Positions 1 through 12,600 of a DNA stretch of 64,000 bases are shown piece after piece. Position 1 is the first letter of the stretch, and each line of letters starts with the position of its first letter. Origin of the DNA: an uncultured bacterium (lineage in GTDB: Bacteria; Omnitrophota; Omnitrophia; Omnitrophales; Aquincolibacteriaceae). The position numbers and the translations under genes are program-made. The DNA lies in NCBI GenBank assembly GCA_964606385.1, contig CAZSFZ010000001.1, positions 136,304 to 200,303 on the forward strand, in the 5' to 3' direction. Under the pieces are notes generated by a model. It had not been told where the DNA came from, made no database searches, and saw nothing but the letters and a program-made list of their open reading frames with translations.

Positions 1-457
1 TCTCGCCCGGTTTCGGGGGCACGCAGCCGCCCATATATTTCATTTTCTGCTCATGCGTTCCTTTTTCGTGGATCGGCTCGAGCGCGAGGTTATTGGCAAG
101 GCTTGCGGTCGCGGCGCCGGCGTCCACCCAGCAAAGTTCAAAAGCGATCATCGCGAGCACGAGGTTCTTCGGCCCGGAGATATAACCGCCTTCTTCCGGT
201 TCCATGAAAGCGGCCGTAATGCCGGCCTCATCAAACGCCTTAAGCATGGCCTGCTTCTCGGGCGTCCAGTCATGGGTGTGGCGCTGTTTATCGGCCACCA
301 TACGCGCGACGACGCTGCGGGCGACGGAGCGAGTAGACTGGATCACCATCTGGAGGTCATAACGATCGGTAAAGCGCCACATGATCTGGCGGACATCATC
401 CCCCGGAAGCGTGCTCATTAAAGCTCTTTTTTCTGCGTTCGCTGTGGTCATGGACAT
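1..457 (-). CDS. acyl-CoA dehydrogenase family protein, N-terminal part (gene continues beyond window start)
   Basis: The minus-strand frame is open from the ATG at 455-457 (AAAGGAA Shine-Dalgarno-like sequence just upstream) to the window edge. The translation MSMTTANAEKRALMSTLPGDDVRQIMWRFTDRYDLQMVIQSTRSVARS...LEPIHEKGTHEQKMKYMGG resembles the ACAD N-terminal domain (..PI..G..EQK.KY. pattern). It is absent from the ORF track because no stop codon falls inside the window. Confidence 0.5.
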   Translation of the reverse strand, partial: MSMTTANAEKRALMSTLPGDDVRQIMWRFTDRYDLQMVIQSTRSVARSVVARMVADKQRHTHDWTPEKQAMLKAFDEAGITAAFMEPEEGGYISGPKNLVLAMIAFELCWVDAGAATASLANNLALEPIHEKGTHEQKMKYMGGCVPPKPGE

Positions 458-574
458 TGATTCCTTTCGATTAGTTGTGTGCTATGGGATCAAAACCTAG
501 AAGAGATTATAGGACCCGTCTCTATGAACCCGAGGCGTTGTATCTTATTCAAGGAGGACTGAGGAGGCAAGGGA

Positions 575-649
575 AAAACAAGACCAAAAACCCCACCTCG
601 TAGGTGTGGTATTGAGTACCGAGAAGGCCACCACACCTACGAGGTGGGG
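575..649 (-). terminator. rho-independent terminator downstream of the giant gene
   Basis: There is a perfect 20-bp inverted repeat, ccccacctcgtaggtgtggt (591-610) and accacacctacgaggtgggg (630-649), with a 19-nt loop. On the minus-strand transcript it is followed by a U-tract (complement of aaaaacaagaccaaaaa at 575-590). It lies 12 nt after the TAA stop at 661-663. Confidence 0.75.
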
Positions 650-660
650 TGGGTATGGCG

Positions 661-3600
661 TTAGGCTTTTTCTTTGACGGTTACTTCAAAAGTAGTACCT
701 CTAACCCCGGTCAGCGCCGTCGGGGTACGGACTTCGAATCGGGAATTCCCCTTCAGGGATTCCACCTTCACGAGGATCTTTCCCATGGCAAGGTCCAACA
801 GGGTTGTTTTGGCGCCGGTCACGCTATCGGTTTCTGCCTTTTGGATACGGAAGAGGCTCCCTTCCTTGATCTCGACGCGTCCAGTCTTCCCGTCATCCAT
901 CAGGACTTCCACCGAGTTCCTGTCCGCCGTTTTCACTTCATCCCCCGGCAGAATGATCATCCCATCCGCCGCGGCTTTCCAGTCGCCGCCGTTGCTTCTC
1001 ACAAAAACATCCCTTCCGGGATTTTTTAAAGTGCCGTAACGTTCCCCGGTCTTGGTTTGATGCATGATGACCGGAGAAGCGGATTTAAGGACGCGATTCG
1101 CCGGGGCCGGTTCGACCTCGGGCTCTTCCTTCACTTTCTCCAGGATCTGGGTCAGGGCTTCTTTCATTTCAGGGGTCGCAGGTTCCTTGGGAGCTTCCTG
1201 AGGGATCGTTTCAACAACAAGATCCTTGGCCTCAGCAATCTCTTCCCGGGATTTTTGCCTCTCCTGGATATCCACTTTTTTAGGCGCCTTGATCGCTTTG
1301 CTCACGCGCTTTTTATAAAGCACCCGCATCGAATCCCCCATCCCAAGGAGCGACATCGTGTTGACGGCGTCGATCACATAAACGGCCCCCTCCAGGACCC
1401 GGACATCGGTCAGGAATTTCCGGTTGTCTTGATTCTTCATCATCACATCGATCGGAACATCCCGCCACTGGATATTCGCCGCTTCTTCCTTGGAGGGCGC
1501 CACTCCGTCATTCTCCGCCGCGGCCTCATCTTTCGCGATCGCTCCCTGCTCGCGGCTATCTTCTCCCTCTGAGGCTTGACCGGAATCGTTATCTCCCTGG
1601 CGGCCGGCCGATGAGGATGAGGAATTCGCCGTTGACGAAGAGGACGAATTCTCCTGAGACGCCGCCGATGTCCCGGTTGTGCCCGAAGAAGCCGTATTAC
1701 CCGCGGCCGGTGTTGTCGCCGGCTGGGAAGACACAGTTCCCGATGAAGGCGTAGACCCTGCCGCCGGCACCGAAGGCTGCGCGGGCGGAGTCACCGGTTG
1801 TGTCGGAGGCGTCACGGGTGTGGTCGGAGGCGTTACCGGCGGTGTCGGGGGCGTAGGCGGTGTAATGTTAATCGGAGGATTCGTTATCGCCGGAGGCTCC
1901 ACGATCACGACAGGCGGCGGTGTGATCACGGGCGGCTGCGGAGGGATCACGATCGGAGGAGGATCCACCACCGTCGGCGGAGTCACGATCACCACAGGCA
2001 CCGGGGTGATATCGGCGAGCGTTGTCGCTACCGCGTTATAAGCGTAATTATACGAATCCACTCCCGAGAGCGAGATCCCGCTGACCGTCACCGGTTTCGA
2101 TGTCCCCACAAGGCTATCAGCGTAGGTTGCCGTCGTATAGCTTGGCGCCAACACATCCCCGGTCAATCTGTTATCCGACAAGGTCGCTGCCGCGGCAGTC
2201 GTACCGTCATAGACTTTATGGATCCCGGTCGCCGTGATCGTCAGAGGACGCGCCGTGATGCTGGCCGTCGTCATCCCCTGGTCGGTGATCTGATAATTCC
2301 CCAGATCCGTACCTCCAAAAGTGTTCGTAAGCGTTACCGTCTTCCCGTTCGCCACGTTCTTATCGCTGAATACGCCGGTCGAAGACACAGTCAGCACATC
2401 CCCATCATATTTTCCGGCAAAAGCAGCTCCCGCCGTCGAGACCGTCGCAGCCGTGGTTTGATCATAAACTTTGTTCGATGCCGTGATCCCCGAGAGCGTT
2501 ACGCTCGCTTTCGTGATATCGGCTGTCGTAGTCCCCTGATCGGTAATGTTGTAATTGCCGAGATCGGCGCCGCCGAACGTGTTCACAAGCGTTATCGTCT
2601 TACCCGTCCCCACATTCTTGTCACCAAACGTTCCCGTCGAAGAAACCGTCAATACGTCGCCGGCATATTTCCCCGCAAAAGCCGCCCCAGCGGTGTTCGT
2701 TGTCGCGACGGTCGTCTGATCATAAACTTTATTCGAGGCCGTAATCCCGGAGAGCGTCACAGTCGCTTTCGTGATATCCGCGGTCGTGGTTGCCTGATCC
2801 GTGATGTTATAGTTCCCGAGGTCCGAGCCTCCAAACGTATTTACAAGGGTGACTGTCTTGCCTGCAGCGACGTTTTTATCGCTGAAGGTCCCTGTTGAGG
2901 AAACTGTCAGCACATCATTCCCATATTTGCCGGCGAAGGCAGCACCCGCCGTGGAAACCGCCGCGGCCGTTGTGGCGTCGTAGACTTTATTAAGAGCCGC
3001 GACACCGCTTAATGCGGCGGTAGCCTTTCCAATATTGACGGTATGCGTCCCGCCTTCAAGGGTATAATTGCCCGCAAGGCCGCCGTTCATGCCGTCTCCC
3101 AAAGCTAAAGTGCCGGTTGTTACAGCCTTGTGAATCCCGACATTCTTGTCATCCATCCGGCCGATACCGGTAAGCGTCAACGTTTCGGTTCCGACCAAAG
3201 CGCTCAAACTGAAAACCCCCGCCGCAACCTCCAGGGTCCCGTCATAAACGCGACTTCCCGAGAGATCCACCACGTAGGGATTGATCGTACTTGTCGTATT
3301 GTCCACGTAAGTGATCGCGTAATTGCCGCCGCCGTTCCCGTCACTCACGGTCACATCGGAAACTGTAATGGTCTTGTTCGCGTATCCGACATTCTTGTCC
3401 GTGAAAGCGAACGTCCCGCCCAAGATCGTGTCCGTATCAAAAAGCTGCCCGCTGTACACCCTCGCGGTGGTGGGTGCGGCAAGACCGCCGTCATAAGTTT
3501 TGGAGATGTTCTCGGCTGAGATCATAATGGGAGCCGCGATAATATCGACCGTATGCGTGCCGCCCGTGAGCGTATAGTTACTCGCCAAACCACCGTTCAT

Positions 3601-6600
3601 GCCATCACCAAGCGCCAAGGTCCCGAGCGTCACGGTCTTGCCATCAGCCACATGCTTGTCGGCCATCGTACCCACGCCGGTCAAGGTCAAGGTCTCGCCT
3701 CCGACGAGATTGCTCAGAGTGAAGATCTCCGCGGCAAGATTGACGGTCCCGTCATAAACACGGCTTCCCGTCAGATCGATCGCCACACCCCGCGCCTGAA
3801 TGTCCGCCGTCGTAGTGGCCTGGTCTGCGATCTGATAATTCTCGAGATCGGAACCTCCCAGAATATTGGTCAGGGTCACTATTTTTTCCGTTCCGACATT
3901 TTTATCATCAAAGACACCGGTGGAAGAAACGGTCAAAGTATCGCCGGCATATTTACCCTCGAATATGGCTCCTGCCGTGGATATCGCGGCATCCGTCGTC
4001 CCGTCATAGAACTTATCCGATGCCGTGATCCCGCTCAGGGTCACGGAAGCTTTCGTGATATCCGCAACGGTCGTTCCCTGGTCTACCACGGTATAGTTCC
4101 CGGCATCAGCCCCGCTGATCGTGTTCGCAAGCGTCACCGTCTTTCCAACACCAACATTCTTATCGCTAAAAGTACCCGCCGAAGAGACCGTCAGCTCGTC
4201 GCCAGCGTATTTTCCCGCAAAGGCCGCGCCGGACGTAGAAACCGTTGCCGCGGTCGTGGAATCATAGATCTTATTTGATGCCGTGATCCCCGAGAGAGTG
4301 ACCGTGGCCTTGGTGATGTCTGCGGTCGTGGTTTGCTGGTCGATGACCATGTAGTTATTCAGATCGGCGCCGCCCAACACGTTTGTCAGATCAACCTGCT
4401 TCGCAATTCCCGCGTTCTTATCGCTGAAAACGCCCGCCGAAGAAACCGTGAGCTCATCGCCCGCGATCAGACCGGAAAAATTTGCTCCCGCCGAGCTTAC
4501 ATTCACATCAGTTGTTGTGTCATACACCTTACTCGAAGCGGTGATCCCGCCAAGGGTCACTGCCTTCTGCGTGATATTGGCCGTTGTGGTCCCCTGGTCG
4601 GCGATGTTGTAATTGCCGAGGTCCGTACCGCCAAAGGTGTTCACAAGCGTTACGGTCTTCCCATTCGCCACGTTCTTATCACCAAAAGTTCCGGTCGAAG
4701 AGACCGTCAGCACGTCACCGGCATATTTCCCGGCAAAAGCAGCGCCAACCGTCGAAACCGTAGCGGCAGTCGTCTGATCATAAACTTTGTTCGATGCTGT
4801 GATCCCCGAGAGCGTCACGGTCGCCTTTGTAATATCGGCGGTCGTAGTCCCCTGATCGGTAATGTTGTAGTTGCCAAGGTCCGCACCGCCGAACGAGTTC
4901 GCAAGCGTGACCGTCTTTCCGGTCCCGACATTCTTATCGCTGAAGGTCCCTGTCGAGGAGACCGTGAGCACATCCCCAACGTATTTGCCCGCAAAATCAG
5001 CGCCAGCTGTCGAAACCGTCGCAGCGATCGTTTGGTCATAAACTTTATTTGATGCCGTAATCCCTGAAAGTGTAACAGTCGCTTTCGTGATATCCGCCGT
5101 TGTGGTGCCCTGGTCGGTGATGTTGTAATTGCCAAGATCCGTACCGCCGAACGTGTTCGCAAGCGTCACGGTCTTCCCATTCGCCACGTTCTTGTCACTA
5201 AACGTCCCGGTCGAGGAGACCGTCAGCACATCCCCATCATATTTCCCTGCGAATAGGGCCCCCGACGTCGAGACCGTCGCGGCAGTCGTTTGATCATAAA
5301 CCTTATTCGAGGCCGTGATCCCCGAAAGCGTCACGGCAGCCTTCGTGATATCCGCCGTCGTGGTCGTCTGGTCGATCACGGTGTAGTTTCCGAGATCCAC
5401 GCCCCCGAGAATGTTTGAAAGATTGACCGTTTTCCCGTCCCCGGCATTTTTGTCGCTGAATACACCGGTTGAAGATACCGTGAGTTCATCCCCGGAATAC
5501 AATCCGCCAAAGATCGCTCCCGTGTCATTCACCGTCGCGGCGGTTGTGGAATCATAGACCTTGTTCGAGGCGGTGATCCCACTTAACGTCGCAACAGCCT
5601 TCGTGATATTAGCCAATATGCTCCCCTGATCTGTGATCTCGTAGTTGGCAAGGTCCGCTCCGCCGAAGGTATTTGTCAAGGTGACCGTCTTGCCGTCCGC
5701 CGCATTTTTGTCGCTGAAAGCACCCGTCGATAAAACTGTCAGTTCATCTCCCGCGTACATCCCCGAGAAGACCGCGCCCGCCGTGGAAACCGTCGCGTCC
5801 GTGGTCTGGTCATAGACTTTATTCGAGGCCGTGATCCCCGAAAGCGTCACGGCAGCCTTCGTGATATCCGCCGTCGTGGTCCCTTGGTCTGTGATCGTGT
5901 AGTTGCCGAGATCAGCACCGTCAAAAGTGTTCGTAAGCGTTACGGTCTTTCCGACCGCGACATTCTTGTCGCTGAAAGTTCCGGTCGAAGAAACCGTCAG
6001 GTCATCGCCATCTACCATGCCCGTAAATACGGCCCCGGCCGTAGAAACCGTCGCGTCCGTGGTCTGGTCATAAACTTTATTGGAGGCAGTGATGCCGGAG
6101 AGAGTTACTGCCTTTGCAGTAATGTTAGCTGTCGTAGTTCCCTGATCTGTGATCGTATAGTTCGCAAGATCCGCGCCGCCTAAGGTATTTGTCAGTGTCA
6201 CAGTCTTGCCACTTGCCACATTCTTATCACTGAAAACGCCGGTGGAGCTTACCGTCAACTCATCCCCGCCGATCATCCCCGTGAATGTCGCTCCCACAGT
6301 CGAGACCGTCGCGTCGGTTGTGGCGTCATAAATCTTGTTCGAAGCGGTAATGCCACTCAATGTCACGGCTTTTGCAGTGATGTCCGCAGTCGTGGTCCCT
6401 TGGTCGGTGATTGAATAGTTTGCGAGGTCAGCTCCACCGAGCGTATTGGTCAGCGTCACTGTCTTCCCCGCTGCAACATTCTTATCACTAAAGACGCCCG
6501 TGGAGCTTACCGTCAATTCATCCCCGTCGATCATTCCTGCGAAATCGGCGCCCGTCGTGGAAACCGTCACGGCCGTGGTTTGGTCATAAACTTTATTCGA

Positions 6601-9600
6601 TGCGGTAATACCGCTTAATGTGATCGCCTTCGCTGTGATATCGGCTGTTGTAGCGTCGCTCGAAAAAGCCAGTTGATAATAACTTGCACTTGCACCTGAA
6701 AGCGAAATGCCCGTGACATTAATTGCCTTTCCGGTGCCAACGTTTTTATCCGCGAACGAAGCGGTGTAATTGATCGTATAAGCTTCATAATAACCCGTGA
6801 TATGATCATCCGTAAAAGTCGCTGTCGCAGTGGTTGTTCCGTTATAGATCTTGTTGACACCCATTGCATTGACCGTCAGCACCAGCTTCGCGTCATCCAG
6901 ATCGATCGTGAAACCCGTCCCGATCGATGTATTTGATCCCATCGTATAAAGGGTAGTCCCAGTACCCGCATTTCTGCCAAGCTGCAGGATTCCGTAAGTC
7001 TCATCGCCTGGAAGCGCTTGGTTGGCGTCAGACTGAATATTCAGCGTTCCATCCATCCAATCAGTATTAGCCGCATTTACATCTGTGCTCAAATAAGTAG
7101 CATTCGCACCTTGTAAGGTGATGACGCTTGAACCAGAAGTGAAGGCTCCGTCACTGACTTTGAATGCACCACTCACGGTCATGTCAGGAGCCTGAAATGT
7201 TCCTCCTTGCAGATCGAAATTCGCCATTGTCATGGAATCTGTCACACCCGAGAAACTTCCGGCCGTCTGCGTGTAATCCCCTGTCAAGGCGAATGTGCCA
7301 CCGGTAATAGCTCCGGAGTTGATGACCGTCCCGTTAAATGTCCCGGCTGCAATATGCAAACGATTTTCTACAGCGCCGGTAAAAGTACCCGCGGCAATGA
7401 TTCCTTTATTAATTATCGATCCTCCGACTTCGGTGTCATAATCCCAGGTCCCTCCCGTTTCGAGAGTCATGGATTGCAATCCTCCAAAATTCCCACCGTC
7501 GACAATTCCCCAATCGGTCAAATCGCCCGTAAATGTCCCGCCGAATATGGTTCCGGCATTTTCGACCACGCTATTAAAAGTTCCGTCAAACACCAATGCA
7601 GAATTCGTTACGCTTCCGTTAAAAATACCGCCGCTAAGATCGCCAGCGTCATTAGAAACCGAACTGTTGAACGTACCGCCGTAGATGGTTCCATATTCAT
7701 AATTAAAAACTGCACCATTAAATGTCCCGTCAAAAATCCAGGCTGTGGTTGAACCCACGCCGCCATTGGTTACACCACAATTAAAGGTGCCTCCTGAAAT
7801 TTCTCCAGTGAAAATATTATTAACTCCGCCTGTAAACGTACCGCCGTAAATCCCGCCCCCGGCATTAAAAGTATAATTGGTGACTGATCCGTTGAACGTT
7901 CCATCCGAAATCAAATAGTCGTTATACACGTCCCCATGAAACGTGCCGCCTGAGATCGTCCCCCAGCCATAATTATTAACGAGACCGTTGAATGTTCCGC
8001 CGGTGATCGTCCCATCACTGTAATCAGTACTATAAACACCGTTGAACGTCCCGCCGGAAACCGTGCCGAAGTTATCGACAGCGCTATTGGTGGTACCGGC
8101 ACCGGACCAAGTGCCGTTATTGATCACGGTAGAACCCGTGATCGTTCCGTCATTGGCCAAAGCCCCATTCACAGTCAGCGTGTCACCAAGTGTCAAAATA
8201 CCGCTCGAAAGAATATTGAGAGCCTGAAGCTCCACAGAAGAAGCCGTTAAAGGATCGTTAGCGCGATTAAAAACATAAACGGTTGAGTTTGAATCAGGAG
8301 CGGATCCGGTCGACCAATTCGAAGCTGTCGACCAATCCGTATCTGAATTACCGGACCAAATATAAGCCGCAGTCCCTGCCGCGGCATTCTGCCAATTTAA
8401 AGTCGGCAATGCGTCTGTGTAGGTGTCCCACACTGGAGTAAAAATATCCCAGCCAGCGTTGCCATAAATAACCGGATCCATCATTTGCGCCGTAGTAAGC
8501 CCGGTGACGCCGTCCTGGATACCGTCCGCCACGCCGAAGGCTGCGCCTGAAGTCTCTGTGTTCCAGAAGGAATTCGTGATCGTCCCGCCATAGCGTGTAC
8601 CCACAAGACCGCCTTCATAACCCGAACTGATCACCAACCCGGTCGCGTAACTGTTATTGATCTCAGCCACTCCATCATAAGCCGTCCCTAAAGTCCCGCT
8701 TAATCCTCCGACTTCATTATTGGCGCCGGTTACCGCACCCGTCGCATAACTGTCCTGGATGATACTCCGTCCGTAATAGGCTCCACTCCCGCCCTCTCCC
8801 ACAAGACCACCGACCATCCTGTTCCCGCTGACCGTAGCCGTCGAATAAGTAGCCGTCAAAGTACCGTAATTCTTTCCTATCAGACCACCCGCGGCAGACT
8901 CGCTTCCTTCGCTGCTTCCGGTCACAGTACCCGTGCTATAGGTATTAGAGACCACTGAAGACGTGTTATGTCCGGCCAAAGCGCCCACCGCGGAACTCCC
9001 GGTCACCGCCACATTCACAAGACCCAGATCTTGAATGGTGGAATTCGTGATCGCTCCAAAAAGCCCCACATAATTCTCGGCCGGACGGTTAATGGTAAGG
9101 CCTGTGATTGTTTTATTATTACCATCCAACGTTCCCGAAAAGAAATCAGTACCATAATCTTCACCTATGGGATTAAATCCCGCGCCGCCATTCCAGCCAG
9201 CAGTTCCGGAAGCGTCGATATCATTCGCAAGAGTGTAATTCGCATCAAGATCGAGGGCCATCATCTGGAGTTGGACCACATTCGTGATGACGTCTGTCCA
9301 TTCGTTCTGCAGGTGCGGAAGCCCCGCCATGGTCCAAATTCCAACCCTATCATCCTGGAAAATTCTAAAATCCCAGTTGGAAAACGTCGCCTGTTGCATC
9401 ATTTGGGCCGTGGTCTTGCCCTCTACGGCTCCTGCGCCCTCACCGGCACTGGTGGCTAGACCCGAAGTTTCCGTGTCCCAATAGTTGTTCGTTAGCGTTC
9501 CACCGCTATAGGACCCAATCAACCCTCCTACCGAACTATTCCCCGATACATTACCGGTGGAAAAAGTATTTGTCAGAGAAGAATCGCTGTTATATCCCAC

Positions 9601-12600
9601 GAGTCCGCCCACATAAGCATTACCGCTAACAGCTCCCGTCGCGTAAGAATTACCGATCGAAGACTGATAATTATCCCCCACAAGCCCCCCGGTGTTGTAG
9701 CCTGTTCCCGTCACGTTTCCTGTAGCATAGCTTAAGGTAATGCTGGAGGATCCTGCCTGTCCGACCAGACCACCCACTTGGTCGCTGCCGCTGACAGTCC
9801 CCGTGGCATAATTCAAGGAGAGGGTCGAATTGTAAGCATGCCCCACTAAACTTCCCACATTATCGGCCCCGATCACGCTGCCGCCCAATAACCCCACACG
9901 GCTAATATTCGATCCGCTTATGGCGCCAAACAACCCTACGGTATTTTCACTTCCCCGATTGATCGTCAATCCTGTGATCCCGTAGCCCGCACCGTTCAAA
10001 CTACCCGTAAAAGGATTCGTGGGAGGGTCGAACCAATTTCCTGTCGAATAACCTACCGGGTCAAAACCAAGATAGCTGGAACCATTCCAATTCCAGGTTG
10101 TCGTCGCGGAGGCGTCAATGTTGTTGGCGAGAGTGTAATTAGCATCCAGATCGAGAGCCATCATCTGGAGTTGGGCGGCATTGGTGATATTCTCGGACCA
10201 TTCCATCTGAAGATGGGGATTGCCGGCCATGATCCAGGTCCCGTTATGCCCAGCCGAAACACCATCCACATCAAAATCCCATCCTGTGAAATTCGACTGC
10301 TGCGTCATCTGCTGGATAGTCAGGCCTGTACCGTGGTTGTAAGCGCTCGTGGCCTGGCCCGTCGTTTCCACATTCCAGAAACTATTGGTGATCGTCATCT
10401 GATCAAAATCAATATACCCCACAAGGCCGCCGGCATGCGTCCCTCCCGAAACCTGACCCGTCGCATAAGAATTAATGAGTTTCCCAACGCAGGTATAACC
10501 CACGGCGCCCCCCGCCCGAGCCCAATTGTCCGAACCTGTATTCGTAACGCTCCCAGTGGCATAGGAATTTCTTATCTCCGGGAGCGGCTGCCCAACGGAT
10601 GCTCCGCTCAACGAACCGGCAATGCCACCTGTAGAACCACTCCCGGTAACATTGACAGCCGAATAAGAATTGTCAATAAAGGCAGACCCTAGCCAACCCA
10701 CAAGCCCACCCGCCACGCCGCCCGTAATGGTCCCAGTTGCATAAACATTCGTGATTGAAACTGAATCCCTCGCAGTTAGCGCAACCGATCCTCCCGTTCC
10801 TGTCACGTTTAATAGTCCAAGATTCCGCACAATAGTGCCACCACCACTAAGGACCGAAAACAACCCCTGAGTGGCCTTTAGATTACTGATTTCGTGATAG
10901 CCGCCATCTAGAACACCCGTGAATGTCCCCACCGATGAGAAACCGGCGCTTGAATTCCAATTAGATGTTTCACTAGCATCAATGTCGTTGGCAAGGGTAT
11001 AAGAAGCATCGAGATTTAGCGCCATCATTTGAAGCTGGGCGAGCGTTTTGATATCCGTGGACCATTCGATCTGAAGATGCGGCATGCCAGCCATGATCCA
11101 GTCGCCGGAACCCGCGGCAACGCCATCCACGGTAAAATCCCATCCTGAGAATGTGGCTGATTGCATCATTTCCGCCGTCGTTTTTCCAGTAACTCCGGCG
11201 GGTTCAGGATCCTGGTTCCCGACACCATCGGCCATGCCAGAGGTGGTCGTGTTCCAGAAATTGGAGGTATAGACGGGACCGTATTCATCATACCCAACGA
11301 GTCCGCCTTTGTTCGTATCCGCCGTCACGCTGCCGGTCGAATAAGCCTGGCTCAAGGAACCGCCCGCTAGAACGCCGATCAAACCGCCGACTTTATCTGT
11401 TCCTGTAACGCTCCCTATCGCGTAAACATCTGAAACATCTCCGCCATTTTGATTACCGACAAGCCCGCCTACTCGATCCGTTCCGGTGATATTTCCTGTC
11501 GCGAAGGAATTGGAGAAACCTCCCACATTGCTTCCCACAAGACCGCCCGCCATGATGCTTGATGCCGTTACATCTCCTGTCGCGTAGGAATGTGACAGCG
11601 TGCCCATGTGCCGGCCTCCGATCAAACCGCCGACGCCGATCGTTCCGGAAACATCTCCGGTAGCATAACTGGTGGTAACATCTTCCCAACTTTGACCGAT
11701 CAAGCCGCCCACAGAACCTCCGGTGCTATTCACGTTGGCATCCGAATGGGAATTCGAAAGGGTTGAATCCGCGGCGCCCGAACCAAAACGCCCGATCAAG
11801 CCGCCGACGCTCCCCGTCCCGAACACACTACCGGTTGAATACACGTTGGTAAGGACGCCGGTAAGCACTTCTCCCACCAAAGCGCCCACGTATGAAGTCC
11901 CGCTGATGTTGGCACCGGTGAGTCCCACATTTTGCAACGTCCCGCCCTGTCCTTCAAAACCTCCAGTCCCCCAAACACCAAAAAGACCCGTATAATCCCC
12001 GCGGTTCATGAAAAGCCCGTTGATCGTATGGTTATTACCCTCAAAGGATCCGGTAAAAGGATGGCTCGTGTCATAACCCACTGGGCTGAAACCCGCGCCG
12101 GCGTTCCAACCGCTTGTCCCTGAAGCGTCGATGTCGCCTGCAAGGGTGTAGGCAGCGTCCAGATCAAGGGCCATCATTTGAAGTTGAGATGCATTTGAAA
12201 TCGTTGGCGTCCATTCGTGCTGGAGATGAGGATAACCGGCCATAACCCAGGCCCCGGAACCCGCGCCCGTACCGTCTATATTGAAATCCCAACCTGTAAA
12301 AGTGGCTTGTGTCATCATTTCAGTCGTCGTTTTAGGAACACCTTTTCCTGTATCAGACTGACCGGAAGTTTCTGAATCATAGAAAGACTGTGTCAGCACA
12401 ACAGCATCTGCTACTCGACCAATCAATCCCCCCATGTTCCCGGTTCCTCCGCTGACGAGACCCTTAGAGAAGCTATGAGTGATATTAGCCGTTCCTGCTT
12501 GTTGCAACCCGACTAATCCTCCAATGTCGCTACCCCCAGTGACGCTTCCACTGGCATAGGTATTGGTCAAAGAAGCATCAAAAAGCAGCCATCCCACAAG

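Noticed and set aside
1679-2898. Plus-strand ORFs 1679..2041 (Gly/Val-rich) and 1798..2898 (Arg-rich, 366 aa) inside the giant gene
   Set aside because: They are antisense translations of the Pro-rich stalk and MBG repeats of the minus-strand gene. They are low complexity, have no start context, and are an artefact of high GC and repeats.
2040-6870. Tandem repeats considered as a CRISPR array
   Set aside because: The repeats are 249 bp, coding, in frame and lack spacer structure, so they are not CRISPR.
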